A stretch of DNA of 64,000 nucleotides from the human T2T-CHM13v2.0 reference genome, Homo sapiens (GCF_009914755.1 NC_060925.1), one strand, 5' to 3'; numbered from the stretch's first letter, positions 1 through 14,166 are shown. Translations and numbers: made by a program. Notes: a model not told the origin generated them from the sequence alone.

Positions 1-424
1 TTTACTACTCTCAGAAACAAATCCTGGTAGTGATTTTTCAGAACTATCTCTCCACTAACTATAGGAATGTGGGTCTCTTTAAATGTAGCCATATGTTTTT
101 GGCTTTCATAGTATACTGTAGGCTGATAGCTGGCTTACCCAAACCTGTTGTTTACTTCCTTCGGAGGTTTGATGGCAAAAACACCCCCTTCACAGCTTTA
201 AAAATGCTATTTCTGAAATGATTAAAACAAGACATTTCCTTCTATCTGTATCTCATCTACCACAGGTGAGAGTCTTAATAATTCTCAGTAATCACATGCC
301 AGACATCGTCACCACCCCATTCATGAATGCAATAACATCCTTGTTCCATATGGCCAGCAAAACATTCAATTCCAGAATCACATTATAAGAATCTGCTTTC
401 TAGGACTACTTTCAGTATCAGCAG

Positions 425-720
425 TCTTGATTTTATCTTTCAGAAGCAGACCCTTAGACTAGGAGTCAGGTTGAAGTAGTTTATTTCTGAGGGCAATACC
501 AGGAAACACTATAGAGGTGTGGATAAGTGCCTACAGCCAGTTAAAGGTGTGTTATCGCAGTGGTGAGCTAAATCCCACCATGCAGGACCAGGAGACAGTA
601 TGGGACCTGTGTCTTGGGAGTTTCCCCACCTGAAGCTGGAGCAAACAGAAATATTCATCCACTCCCTCCATGCCCATTAGTCATTGATTAAGTGCCGCTC
701 CCAGGGAGCTCTGTCCTACT
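425..720 (-). mobile_element. ERVL LTR fragment, LTR16-like
   Basis: cagaagcagacccttagac...aagtagtttattt...gtcattgatt...gctcccaggg follows the reverse complement of the LTR16 3' end (aataaactacttgca...gggtctgcttctg), as recalled. Confidence 0.65.
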
Positions 721-1254
721 GAAGTGAAAACCAGGAATGGATTATGCTTGGCAATCCCAATAGCACTCCACACAAGCAATTGTAATGCAGCCCACAGAAC
801 AAAGGGGTCAGAAGTGGAAGGACCAGGCTTATCTCTTAAAATTATTACTTCTTACTGACCTATTTTACTTTAAATATTTAACGTTTTTGAGTCTAGGGTT
901 TTTTCCTTGAAAAATAGAGAGACCATTATTTTATGGGATTAATATGAAAACATATACATAAATTCTTTGTGCATTATAAAGCTTTATATCATGAGACTCT
1001 CAACATCTATTGGTAAAATGATCATATTAATGGCATTTTGTAATTGGAGAGTTTATCTTGAAACCCCTGTGAACTTTGAGAGACTGAACTGAAGGGCACA
1101 AAATATTCTATTCACCGAGAGATAGCTTACTAGGATTTTATCACATTTAGTTTTAACTCATCAAACTAATTATAAACATTTATGTTTTTATTTGTTTAAA
1201 AAATCTCAAATATTTTAGTATGCACATGAAGTACATATGAGTTGATTAATATCT

Positions 1255-1365
1255 AATTTCATTTGTTCAACAAATATTTGTTGACTTGTGCTACGTGCTT
1301 GGCACCAAGATAGGCCCAGAAATAAAGCAGTGAATAAGACACAAAAGACCTTTGTCTCATAGAAA
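1255..1365 (-). mobile_element. L2 3' end fragment
   Basis: catttgttcaacaaatatttgttga...gtgcttggcac...agcagtgaataagacac is the typical reverse complement of the L2 terminus. Confidence 0.75.
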
Positions 1366-2874
1366 ATTTGTGTGTGTGCATGTGTGTGTACACATACATC
1401 TGTTTGATGTTGATTCAGACTATGGAATTCTAAAATGTTACATTGCACCATTTTTACTTAGAACATTCAAATGGGGTGACAAAGATTTATCCATCTTAAT
1501 TATACTATTTTCAAGGAAAAATTTAAAACCTAAAACAGGGAAATACTACAGTTATAATTTTAGTCTATCAGCAAGTGGTTTGGGGAAAAAATGAACAAGA
1601 TAGACAAAGGAGACTGAGCAAGCTGAGTGATGAATGAGATGATATTAAAGTTTCTGGCAGAGAACATAGGTCATATTAAACACAGAAAGGGGAGATTCAT
1701 CTGGGTACATAAAACTGTGGCATCTCCATTCAGAGGAACTACTCCCTGCATTTGTTCTATTATAAAGCTATTAACTTCTATGAAAATAAAAATTAAATTT
1801 GCAAGCTGGAAGATGCTTATGGAATTAATTATGATGATATGTGAAAAGAAAAGAGGAGGTGCTTCCTTTGGGCTCTGGGTATATTAAAGAAAATGAATAG
1901 AATGGAAGGAATATCTCCATTTGGGGTTTGTAAAAGACTTTCCAGGAGGAAATATTCAGATATTTTAGGGATTGAGTAAGGTTGGTTTTACACATAAGTT
2001 TCCTCAAGTAATCTCACCTGAATTATAAAAGTAAATGTGTTATGTATTCTATACCTTCCCCCATTTTTTTGGACACTTCCAACAGGACACCCTCCCTATG
2101 GGAATCTGTGAACATGGTTTGAAAATTTTTCTGATAGAATGATCCCATGGGATCCTGCTTCACAATGAAATGGAAATGAAGCCTCTAAGTGGCTTTCAAT
2201 CAAATGAGAAAAAATGAAGCAAAAACGTGTGACACAAAGTATTGTAGCTAGCGTTCGGATTTCTAAAATGAACTCTAAGCTCAAATTATCAAGGGGCAGC
2301 ATATGAATGCTGAGGAGGAGAATTTGTCCCCATGATCCACATTCATACACTCACCAGCTGCCTTGCCACTTTTCTCCTTGTTTATTTGTTTGCCAGAAAG
2401 ATATATCAACTAATCATAAACAATGGGGGAAATGGTAGTTTAAAAGCAATAAAGTAAAAAAAAGCATGAAAAGAGGAATTGAAATCATAAGATGAATGTG
2501 TGTAATATAGTGCAGGGCAGGGGGTAATCCAGGCAGACTCGATTAGACACAGGACAATGAGAGACACTTTATTAAAGTCTTCAAAAAGTCTTTGGGGCCT
2601 TGGACACAGAAGTCACTGGAGGCCTAAATGTGTTACACATCATGACTCTAGAATTGAGTCTCACACCAGTAGGCTGTGGCTTATTAAAAACACAGACACT
2701 GGCCCAATTGTCATGCTATTAGGCTGAAGGTGCATAAAAGTGTATGTGATACACAAAAGATGAAAATGAGACTACAGGTGTTCAAATCATACCATGTACT
2801 CTGTAATCTCGAGTTCCAAATAATGTTAGTTCTGCAAGTACTTTCTAAAGGTGAATTTAGTTTTCATAATTTAA

Positions 2875-3205
2875 TAAGGTACATAAAACCTTAATAACAT
2901 ATAAGAATGTTCAAGCATTTCATAGTGCAGACTTCAAGTATAAGCAAAAATTACTCAAGGTTTTAGGACGGTCTCTAAACCTTAGAACAAACACCCCATG
3001 AGATCTTTAATGTCATTACAAAGCAAAGGAGTCTTAAGTTTATAAGTTCTCATCTGAAACACCCTAACACAGTGAAGTACGTGCCGGTTGATTTATCCCT
3101 TCTGGAAGAATGAAAGGTTGCGTTGGACCTGGTGAGATTTTAACCTGTGATCCTAGAGAATCTTCCAGAGCTTCAAACCTGAAGTTTGATGTGTAACCTA
3201 CTGGT
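2875..3205 (-). mobile_element. Ancient tRNA-headed Deu-domain SINE (MamSINE1/AmnSINE2-like)
   Basis: ccatgagatctttaatgtc...ctcatctgaaac resembles the Deu core. gatttatcc...ggaagaatgaaaggttgcgttggacctggtgagattttaacctgtga resembles the reverse of the tRNA-like head, with a degenerate B box (GGTTAAAATCT) on the minus strand. Confidence 0.6.
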
Positions 3206-4607
3206 TTAAAGGGACCTACATATTAGTACTGGAGAGTCTGACATAGTGGGTGGGTACATCAGACATCAGAAAGAGCAATTTAGTCAGCAAGACACCTATA
3301 TTCCCTGTTCTAATCATAAAAAAAGATAATCTTTCCAAGAGCTACCACAAGAAGAATTTTGATAGGCACTGAGTGAAAGCAAGTCATATTACTGGAATTT
3401 TCCTTTATGGAGCTTCAGCCTCAGTTTGGAAAAGGGTCCCAATTATTTCTGAGAATGTAATGGCTCATTTTTACTACAAAGATATTTGAGGTGTATATTA
3501 TGCTATGTTCAAATTTGTAAGATATTGTTGAATATACATTATTTTCAAGTTCAAAGTACAATCATCTTATTTATCTTGATTTAATTAATGCTTCTTAGTA
3601 TCACAGTTCATTATTACATGGATTCAGGCAGACACATTACATTCCCCAAAACATAACTCGGCATACTAATGACCTGCTGCAGCACTAGTTCTTACTAAGG
3701 GGAGCTTTTAGAAATGACATTCCCCACTCCTTACTACCACTCCCTACAACCTGCCCCATGAAGAGGCTAAAATCCCAGCCATTAGTACAAACTTTCTTCC
3801 TTTCCTGGCTGCTGTTTTTGAGCCAAGCCTCCCTGAATGTAGTATTTTTCACACTTTATGCTTGGATGCTATTTTCATTTGTGGAAGGCAGAAGAAGGAG
3901 AGGGAGAAAGAGAAAAAAGAAAGAAGGAGAGAATAGAAATTTTCAGAGGATAAAAGACAAGCTCAATCTTTTTGTACTGTGATATAAATCTCAGTACAAC
4001 TAAGATTTTTTGAATCAGAAGCAGTATCAATTTTGTGACTGGTTTTACTCGTTAAATTATATTTTTTCTGCTTCTATTATCAATTTTGCCCAAATGATTA
4101 GATTTGCTTTGAAGTTAATCAAATTTGGTTTTAAAAATAGCCAAAGCAAGCAGAAAGCTTTAAAAATATCTAAATAGTTTTCTTATTTTTTCTAAATTAT
4201 CTTACCTTGCCTTTGTTTTTTATTTTCTTCCTTTCTTATCTATCATCTCCCTTTTTTACCATCCAATTCTGTTCTCAAGAAAATGAATCTACTTCTAGAA
4301 TAATGGGTTCTCTACTGCTGTTAATTCCAGAAATAAAAAAGTTTTACTAAAATTTAACATATATAAAGTGTCCTTTCATTTCCCCAGCTCTCCCTACAAG
4401 AAGGAATTAAGACGGAGCCTCAAAAAACAACAGTCATACATCTACATTTAACACATCTATACAATTCACTGAAAGAACATTTTGGTAGAAATTGCCGTTT
4501 TGCATCTTGACTGATTTAACTGCCTAATGACAAGTCTTACCACTTAAAATATAGTCTGGGGGAAAAAATTCCTCCCACACCTGTGATTGCATATTATTCA
4601 CTGGGCT

Positions 4608-4782
4608 TAGGGTTGCCAGATTAAATAGAAGATGCCCAGTTAAAATTGAATTCCAGACAAAGAACAAGTAACTTTTTAGCATAAGTATGTCTAAAATATT
4701 ATTCTAAAAGTTAGTGTTTGTCATCTGAAATTCAAATTTAACTGGTGTCTTTTATTTTGATTTGCAAAATCTGGTAATGCCA
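4608..4782. mobile_element. MER53 hAT-type MITE with a central deletion
   Basis: Starts TAGGGTTGCCAGATT and ends AATCTGGTAATGC. Internal inverted arms ccagttaaaattgaattccagacaaa / tttgtcatctgaaattcaaatttaactgg. Confidence 0.85.
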
Positions 4783-6414
4783 ATTGTGCTTAAGGATGAA
4801 ATAAAAGTGCTTGTATGACCTGAAAGGTGAACAGTACTTTTATAGTGCAAGGTTTTTGCAGAGTTTTCATCTGTAATTTGAATAAACTGTTGCTTGAAAT
4901 TTTAAACAAATTGTTTATAACTGTGGATACTTTTCTTGACAACTAGCCACCTGTGGGTGTTTCTTCTGTAAATCTTAAATACTTTGGTGTTAAGAATTGT
5001 TATTTTGATGCTGTATCGATGTCTGTTGGCCCTAGTGGTAAAATTCAAATTTGCATTTTGATAGTACCAGGCTAGACATAGCTACAGTCATAGTAAAATG
5101 TTTTAAGATTACAAGACGTCTGGCTTTCTCAAAATATCTCCTTGACTCTTCTATCACTAGCAAAATGGTAATTTTGTTGGAAAGGGGAGGGATATGTCTC
5201 ACTTCCCAAAGCCATGAATAGACACAAACCTCAGAAAAGTGCTGAAACTGGGAATTAGCTGCCTATTCACTGCAGTTTTCATCTTTACTCTTCCCAGAGT
5301 GTTGGCTTCAGTCTTTTCATTATAGACTCTTCTTGGCTCTTTGCTCCACAGATAAAACATTGGCACCCCAAAGTTCTGACTTTAAACATACGGATGTATA
5401 CCATCAGAACATTTCAGTTCCAATTCCCTAAGAATAAAAACCATCACACCCAACTTGGAACAGATGAACACCTTTGTGCCAATAAGCTATTGTCAAGGGG
5501 CAGTATAATCTATTAGATGCCTATCTAATGGTGGCTTACTCTGGAATGTGGAGTAGCATCTATGGAAAAGACAAGACATTAATGTGTAGGCTGGAAAGAT
5601 AGCTCAATATGTACCCATTACAATGACCAAAGGAGGTAAGTTTATAAGTAGAGATAAATTATAGGGCATAGGATGAGGTCAGGCTTGGGTAGGTTGAAGC
5701 TTATTGAGCACCTCAGAAAGAGGGTAGAGGAAGTATAGAGTAAAGAGAAAACCAAGGAAAACTTGGCCTTATCCCAGAAATCTTAGAGAGATCAAATATT
5801 TCAATGATTAGCAATGGTGATATTTTAAACTCCTCTTTTCCAGTGTTTTATTTTAATGCTAAACTGAAATCTCAATTTCAATGACTCATTTGATCATTTT
5901 GACCAAAAAAAAAATCCTCAAATATGTGGTAAATGATTAATACGAAAAAGACACTATGCAAAGTTCTGAAGCATGTTTTTAAAAGTGTATGTAAGAGAGA
6001 GGTAAAGTAAAGACTTTGTATTTTTAGATTTAAGTATTTGTTCGTGGCAGTATTGGTTGGAAGAGTTTTGTTTGTTCAACACAACATTGATTTAATGATA
6101 GTTTTGTTTAATAATTTTTAAAAGAAAAGGTAGCTGTGACCTCATTAGTTTGTTTAGAAGTAGAGCACTCTTTTTCTTTCATTAAACTTTGATGGAGATT
6201 TTTGGTACTTCTAGATTAGCACTCATGTGAAGTTACAAATTAAAATCTTACATTCTGCTTTCTCCAATGTCTGACTAATTCTTATAGGAGCTTTTCAGTA
6301 GTAATAGCCAAAGGCAACCATAGCAGTTAAAGGAAAGGGATTGAATTGAATTTTTAAGGTGAGATGAGTCTAACTACTCTTGAAATAAATGTTACGTTTG
6401 AAGAGGCAAACCAA

Positions 6415-6640
6415 GTGTATTTAATGATAACCATGTTCCAGGCATTATTCTAGGTACTTCTTGAATATTAACTTATTTGTTCCTCAAAACAGTACTTTCA
6501 AGTAGCTGCTAATATCATTCTGATTTTTCAAATGAGGAAACTGAGTCAAAGATTTTTCCAAGGACACACATCCTACAGTGGTGGAGCCAGAGTTTAATTC
6601 CTGTGGTCCTTGGTCCTCATCACTGCTACCTGCTGTCATG
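6415..6640 (-). mobile_element. MIR SINE
   Basis: MIR core reverse complement: tttttcaaatgaggaaactgagtc...ccaaggacacac...gtggtggagccagagttt. Confidence 0.8.
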
Positions 6641-6727
6641 TAACTAAGACATAAACATACTATTCTCAAAAACAATAGCTAAGTGTTAATATGGTTATTC
6701 ATGTTCCAAGATAATTATTAGGCTACT

Positions 6728-6970
6728 TTATTTTATTTTTTCTCTTCTTATTTTTATTTCAATAGTTTTTGGGGTACAGGTGGATTTGGTTACATGGATG
6801 AGTTCTCTTGTGGTGATTTCTAAGATTTTAGTGCATTCATCACCTGAGCAGTGTACACTGTACCCAATATGTAGTCTTTTGTCCCTCAACCCCCTCCCAA
6901 ACTCTCCTCCACCTTCAAGTCCCCCAAATCCATTATATCACTCTGTATGTCTTTGTGTCCTTCAGGCTTA
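6728..6970 (-). mobile_element. L1PB-type 3' end
   Basis: T-rich tail, then tttggggtacaggtgg...ggttacatggatgagttc...gtggtgatttct...gcagtgtacactgtacccaatatgtagtc. Confidence 0.8.
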
Positions 6971-7144
6971 TATATTTTAAATGTTTGATGTATTCATGTT
7001 TATGACACCTTTCCCCTTTCATGTTCTTTTACCTTTAAATGAATATTTATTATATTAAAACCAAGTATAGAACCCCAAAATTCTGTAAGATAGAATATAA
7101 TCCTGCCTGAATATATTGAAAATTCATTCTTAAGAAATTTTGCA

Positions 7145-7468
<324 letters not shown>

Positions 7469-8434
7469 TTAAAAGTTCTTACAATAATTTACAATAAACG
7501 TAAGACTTAAAATGAACATAAACTTAAACATTAGAGATACATTATTGTAGCAGACCAATAACACTCATAAAAGCTGTTTTCTCAGTTTGATTTCTCCTTA
7601 ATTAAGGGAAGGTGATATTATAATAATAAAATATCTGATATAGGAATGGGAGGTTCTTTTTGACACTGTTCCAAAAAGTAATCACTTAATGATAGAAAAA
7701 ATTCTGGTTACTAAAAATACCATAAAATAAAAGTGTTCTTTATTTTGGGAAGGGCTTCAAAATCATCAATTGTATTTCATATTCACTCCAAGTTGTAAAA
7801 ACTATCTTGGAATAAGTGTATCTGTATTATTACATAATTTCCATAAATGGAAAACCACCTTTCCCCCTCCTCTAAGCTTTAATAAAACAAGCAAATATAC
7901 ATCTCAATGGCAGATTAAGGCTTTTTTTGTAGCTAAGCCTAATTAAAATGGCAACATTCCAATGGTTTCTTTACCAGGGAGCAAGGACATCTGCAAGGGA
8001 TAAAAAGATAGCAAGCATTTTGATGCATTTGTTTCCAGTGTTTAAATGTGGCAACAGAAAACAGGGATTGATACTGGCTAAGTTACAAGCAACATTTGAG
8101 TTAAATGTTTTAAAAGAGTACAGGAAATCAAAGCAGTTATATAAATTGTGATTTTAGGTTGTTGTTTTGCCTGCTATTTCTGCCTGTTTTCAGTAGCATA
8201 GACTTCCCCAAATCGTGTCCCAGCATATAATAATTCCCTCTTGGAATTATTTTATACAACCGAAGTTCTACAAAAAAGAAGCTGGTTCGGCTTTAATTAA
8301 TCCAACATTTCTCAAACTCATTGACCTTGGAATAGCTTTTGTTTTCTTTCTTTTCCAGCATCAACTACATGCACATTTGAGCACCGTTTGGGAAAGGCTG
8401 CTCTAGCATACCATCCCTTGCCATTTTAGAATAT

Positions 8435-8813
8435 TGCCTTAGTCTGTTTGTGCTGCTGTAACACAGTGCCACAGACTGAGTAATTTATAAATAACAGAAA
8501 TTTATTCCTCACAGTTCTGGAGGCTGGGAAGTCCCAGATGAAGGTTTGGTGTCTGCTGAGAGCCCAGTCTCGCTTCCAAGATGGCGTTTTATAGCCGCAT
8601 CCTCTGGAGGAAATGAAAATGATGTCCTTACATGGCAGAAGAGCACAAGAACAAGAGAAGTTAACTCTCTCTGAAATCTCTTCTATAAGGGCATTCATTC
8701 TTTTGTGAGGGTAGAACCCTCATGACTTAGTCACGTCCTCAAAATCCCCACCTCTCAATATTACCACGATGAGGATTAAGTTTTATATTTTGGGTGACAT
8801 TCATACCATACTA
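8435..8813 (-). mobile_element. MaLR solo LTR (MLT1A/MST type)
   Basis: tgccttagtctgtttgtgctgctgtaaca...cacagttctggaggctgggaagtcc...cataccatacta, flanked by the 5-bp TSD AATAT (8430-8434 and 8814-8818). Confidence 0.9.
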
Positions 8814-9074
8814 AATATTATTACTAAACCTCCAATGTTTTTCATTCTTTTCTGTTTCCTGATATTATTTCACAGTGACCACACATATTCTACATATTAA
8901 GGTGCCAATCCAAATTACAAGATAGGAAAGCAGTGAAGGAGAAATTTAACTTTCACTGCCACTTAGAGGAAATCTTAAGGCATTTATTAAAAACTGCTTC
9001 TTTATGTTACACTGATTTGTATAAATTCCCTTTTCCACTTCTCCAGTAATGAACTGAAAACATTTTGTGGCACC

Positions 9075-9175
9075 AGACTATGCTACATTCAGATTCATTC
9101 ATAACTGTCTTAATACCTAGCAGTGCACTGAGAATACAGGAATCAACCAATAAATATTTACTGAATCAAATTAAA
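9075..9175 (+). mobile_element. L2 3' end fragment
   Basis: cctagcagtgcactg...caataaatatttactgaat. Confidence 0.6.
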
Positions 9176-10719
9176 CAGCTTAGATTTCCTCAGCCTATTT
9201 ATTTTCATTCTATGCCTCTTAAATCCTTGGAATTATATCAGCTGAAAATTGACTCTGACTTTTTTTAAAACAAAATTACTTTGTGTTCATGGTGGAATTT
9301 AGCAACAGGTGAATTAATAGTGAATTTCAAGTATACAAATGAGATAGGCAGGACACATATGTCGATCATTTTTTAAATTCTTATGTTGATTCATACACAT
9401 ACTAGAACTGAGAATGCTAACAGTACTTTTTCTGAGGCTTTTATGTATTTGTATATTTTATTTTACAAAGGATGAAAATTTTCTTTTTCAAATGTCAAAA
9501 TGAACATGATGCATATATTTTCTTCTAATTTCATCATTTTAAAAATCCCAAGGATTTTAAAACTGTGAGAGAAAGATACGAAAACACTGCCAGGGGCATT
9601 TTCCTTGCAAGCAAATATTTCAGATGAACAAACTTCACTTAGTAGAAATATCTCAAAGCATCAGTTTATTTTTCTAAGGTTACATTTTTCACCTGTCATG
9701 TGGCACAAGATGAACAGATAGAAGGTTACAAGAGCAGGATTGGGAAAAGGCTTTCTTTCACACATAGTATAGCTCATGCCCCCAACTAGTTAAATTCTGT
9801 CCTGACATGCACATAATGAATATGTTCTTTAATGCAGTGACTTTCCTTTATTTGCAGAAACTTCTATTTTACACACCATTCCCTGAAAATAAAAATAAAA
9901 CTCAGCCTTCTTTCAAAGGACAAATTTATTCAGTAAAATAACATTCTAAAATTTATTATCTAATATTTATTAGCACTTGAGTTTTTTAAATATACCTTTA
10001 ACAGTTACAATAGTCTGGCATTTTCTGCATAAATGTGACTTGACGTCATTTTGGCAGGACAAAAATTCTAAGCTTCATTTAAGTACTGCAAGTGAAAAAT
10101 ACATATCTATTAATCTATAATAAAGTGTTTCAAGCATCTGCTAGGTTATTAGTAGCAACAATTATAGTCAGTTATTCAAACACTTTAAGTTTAAAATATT
10201 GCAAATTTTTTATTTCAGATAAAAAATTTTGTCATGATTTTTTTCTTGTATTTAAGCAAATATTTTTATTATTTTGACTTTCATGTACACTTTTATTTAT
10301 TTGGCATATAAAATTACAATGCATTGGAATTTTTTCTATTGACATTATATACCAAAGTATAATGATTAGCTTTTGTTTAAGGAAACAAAATTTACTCTAG
10401 ATATGTCAAGCAGAAAAGAATTTAATATAGAGGGTTGGGGTTGTAAATATGAACTAGAAACTGTCTGCCTCTCTTCCTGCTTTAAAAGATACTAGCAATG
10501 GCAGTGATGGTCACCTGTGGAAGGATGTTATCTTGAAGCAGGGAGTCAATGTAGTCAGGTGACAACCTGTAATGACAACTTGCACTGGGTTTACATAAGG
10601 ACAGCCTGTTGGAACAGGATGGCAGGGACATCCCAGAAGCCATCAATGCAAGCCTGTGAGAATTTGATATGTTGGAGCAAGGCAGTAAGTACAGTAAGTA
10701 TATGCAGTCTGGCAGGGAT

Positions 10720-12115
10720 GGTGATTAGCAACATTGAGGGAATTGGGCAAATAAATAAATGGAGTATGGGAACAGATTTCTCACTGAAGGAGAAGGAAGG
10801 TACAAATATGGAAATAAAGGAAGTTGGAATAAACCTGTGGTGTTAGACTGAAATTGGCAGTATGGCATAAACTCAAGGTTTTTCAGATAGATAGATAGAT
10901 AGATGATAGATAGATCATAGTTGACAGATATGTAAAAATATAGACATAAAGATGTATGTATGTGTGTGAATATGTGTGTAGTTGTATATCCATATTCATT
11001 CTTACATATACTTCCTCACTCTGTTAATAAAATGTTCTAGATGTAGCAACAACCCGGTAGCAATGAGCTCTCCCGGCATGCAAAGCTTGGTTTCTAAGTA
11101 CAGTACAACTCTTCATTACAATAAAGTAGAGCTCCTGGGTAAATGGCAGAGTCCAGGGCTGAATTTGGAAAAAACAAAACAAAACAACAACAACAACAAA
11201 ACAATATGTTCCTGGAAGTAATAAACTATGTAAATAAGTAATGCAACATTCAAAGAAAGAATAAAAGCGTTTTGCAGGGCAAATGAAAAGGGACAAAGAA
11301 AGCCTGCTTGAAGTGACTCCCACTGGCCAAATCCAAGAAATTTAAGCATCAAAATGAATATAAATAGTCACAGATACTAATCCATAGAATGACATAGAAA
11401 TCCATGAATCCATACGGATAAATAAGTAAGAAAAAGAAAAACCTGCCCTTCCATTAATGCCAACCAGTAAATGTGAAAGAGATGATTGAATTAAAAAAAG
11501 TTCACCATTTTGCAATTATCACAGTACTAATTCAGACAAGAAATGTCAACAAGTACTAAAACTGTTGGGTGAAAGTGGAATGACAGAAGAAATATTAATA
11601 CAATGTCAAATTTTCCACAGAAAACACTTTGTATCTACAAAGTAAACAAAACCAAAGAAAACAAAACTTAACTGTGGAGAATCTTGGTATTCACAATTTT
11701 AATCTTGCCATCGAAATTTAAACCACTAGTAATGGGACGAATCAACATTGTGTGCTACCAGATGTAATGAGAAGTACTGCATTACTTCTGTGCTATTCCT
11801 GCCCAAAATGTATAGCCCAGCTCTAATCATGACAAAATATCAGGCAAATCCAATTGAGAAACATTCTACAAAATTGTTGCCTTGTAATCTTCAAACACAT
11901 CAGGGTCATGGAAATGAAAGACTGAAGCCCTGCTTCAGGTAGAAAGAGACTAGAAAGACAATTAGATGCAATGCATGATTCGTGTACCATAAAAGACGTT
12001 AGTGGGGATATCAGTAAAGCTTAAGTGGTATCTCCAGGTGAAGACTATGTGGTGCTTTGCTCTATTATTTCCGGAAGTTTGGAACTATTTCAAAATAACA
12101 ATTTAAAACAAAAAG
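10720..12115 (+). mobile_element. Old L1 3' region (L1MC3/L1MC4-like)
   Basis: ccggtagcaatgagc...cttggtttctaagtac, ctcccactggccaaatc, tattcctgcccaaaatgtatagccc...ctaatcatga, ending gtttggaactatttcaaaataa. Confidence 0.8.
10886..10915. repeat. (GATA)n tetranucleotide microsatellite
   Basis: agatagatagatagatagatgatagatagat. Confidence 0.9.
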
Positions 12116-12565
12116 CACTAGAATGACAATGACTAAAGTGTCTGGTGAAAATGCTGATAATTTTCAAATTGCAACTGGCATTCTGAGAGTTGGAAAGCTG
12201 CAGGAGTTTAATAAAATTGCCAGTGACAATCCAGAAATTAGGCAGGTGATTCAAAACTAAACACAGAGGCTGTTGCAAAATTTCACATGTTAAAGACTCA
12301 CATATCTGTCAGCTGTTGCCAGAGAAGAAGTCATACGGCTTTTGATTCTGTGCTTCCTTCCAAATCTCTTGTTATTCTCATTTGAGGAACAAACCTGGAA
12401 TACTGCTGGTAGGGGCTTTTGGGAAACGTAGTTCCCAGACCTCAACCCTCTGGTGTGTCTAGAAGTGGATGCTGCCAATATGTCTATCTGGTGCACAAAG
12501 CATTACAGGTCAATTTGGTTAACAGAAAGTTAACTGCTTTTTGTTATTCATTAATAAACAGGGTT

Positions 12566-12906
<341 letters not shown>

Positions 12907-12957
12907 AACAGGTTGCAGTTTGAAGGCAAAACCTTTCACTTTTTAACCAAATTTGCA

Positions 12958-13590
12958 CATTCATTTATTTGTTCAGTAAGTATTAATTTTGTGCACCTAG
13001 TAAGTGGCAGGCACAATTATCGGTGCTGGGGATTCAATGGTAAACATGCCAGAGAAGGTTTTGGCCCTTTTCCAGTTTGAAGCTCTTAATTGGGCCTAGA
13101 GAGACAGTAAGCAAGTTAGTGAAAAAGAAAACATTCAATCCAGACAGGTACTATGAATCAACTAAATATGGTCATGTGACAGAATACCTGAGAATGGGGG
13201 AGTACTTTATGTAGAAGAGTGAGAATGAGCTACTCATAGGAGGCATTGGAGGAACAGCATTCTGGGCAGATGGAGCTATAAATCCAAGAGCCCAGAAGTG
13301 AGGAGGGTGCAGAGGCAGATGTAAAGAAAGGTGTCAGGATAAGGAGTTTGTGCAATGAGAAAGTAATCAAGCAGAGAAGTAATGTGATGTGATCTATGTT
13401 TTAAAACTATATTTCTGCCAACTTGGTAGACAAGGAAGCATGGGGGTTAGGGCGAAAGTACAAGCAGGGAAGAAAAACTAGGGGGTTATTTTATAAGACT
13501 CAATAAAAAAAATGATGATAAACTCTAGAGATACAGGAAGTAAAGAGATGGAAGTATGTTTTGGAGGCAGAACTGGCAGGACACTCCTTT
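12958..13590 (-). mobile_element. L2 3' portion
   Basis: cattcatttatttgttcagtaagtatt...gtgctggggattca...gcattctgggcagatgg...atgttttggaggcagaactggcagga. Confidence 0.75.
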
Positions 13591-13717
13591 TTATTCTGTT
13601 ATGTATATAATGTTGTTTTGTTGGTTGGTTTGGTAGCTCAGAAAACACTGTGTGTTTCACCAAGGATGAAGCCCCTATACAGGACAATTAAATGTTAAGG
13701 TTAATGTAATAAACAGT

Positions 13718-14081
13718 TGTTTTGGCTACACAGAATCCTGTCATCATCTTTTAGTAACAGAACTCAATCTTCACTTTTGTTTCCATGACTTTACTTTCAC
13801 TTTCCCATAACAGATAGCCTCTGTGCAACCATCAATCACATTAGTTCTACCTCCTCCACCCTGTCTCACCCTCACCAGTGGGTGAGCACTTGATCCAATC
13901 TAGTCCATTCAGACTTTCCTCTCCACAGAGGTATGGTAACTCTAGACCTTTCTCTGGCCAGGTATATCACATTTTCGTTTAATGTAGGAGTTGTTCAGTG
14001 CATTGTCCTTCCAATAAATTCCTTCTATCTCTGTTCATCCAGACTCAATTTATGTTGCTTATAACCAGTCCTAACTGACAC
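13718..14081 (+). mobile_element. Old MaLR LTR (MLT1J/K/L-like)
   Basis: Ends ccaataaattcctt...tgttgcttataacc-agtcctaactgacaca; begins with a ...tagtaacagaactc segment. Confidence 0.6.
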
Positions 14082-14166
14082 AGTGATTTTCCTGATGCTT
14101 AGATACATTTACTTTGGAATGTAGCAAAATATTCAAAGCAATTGTCAATTTAAAAAGGCATCGTAA

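Noticed and set aside
3972-3999. Short hairpin TTGTACTGTGAT-ataa-ATCTCAGTACAA with a miR-101-like word
   Set aside because: A 12-bp stem is too short for a pre-miRNA and the flanks do not pair
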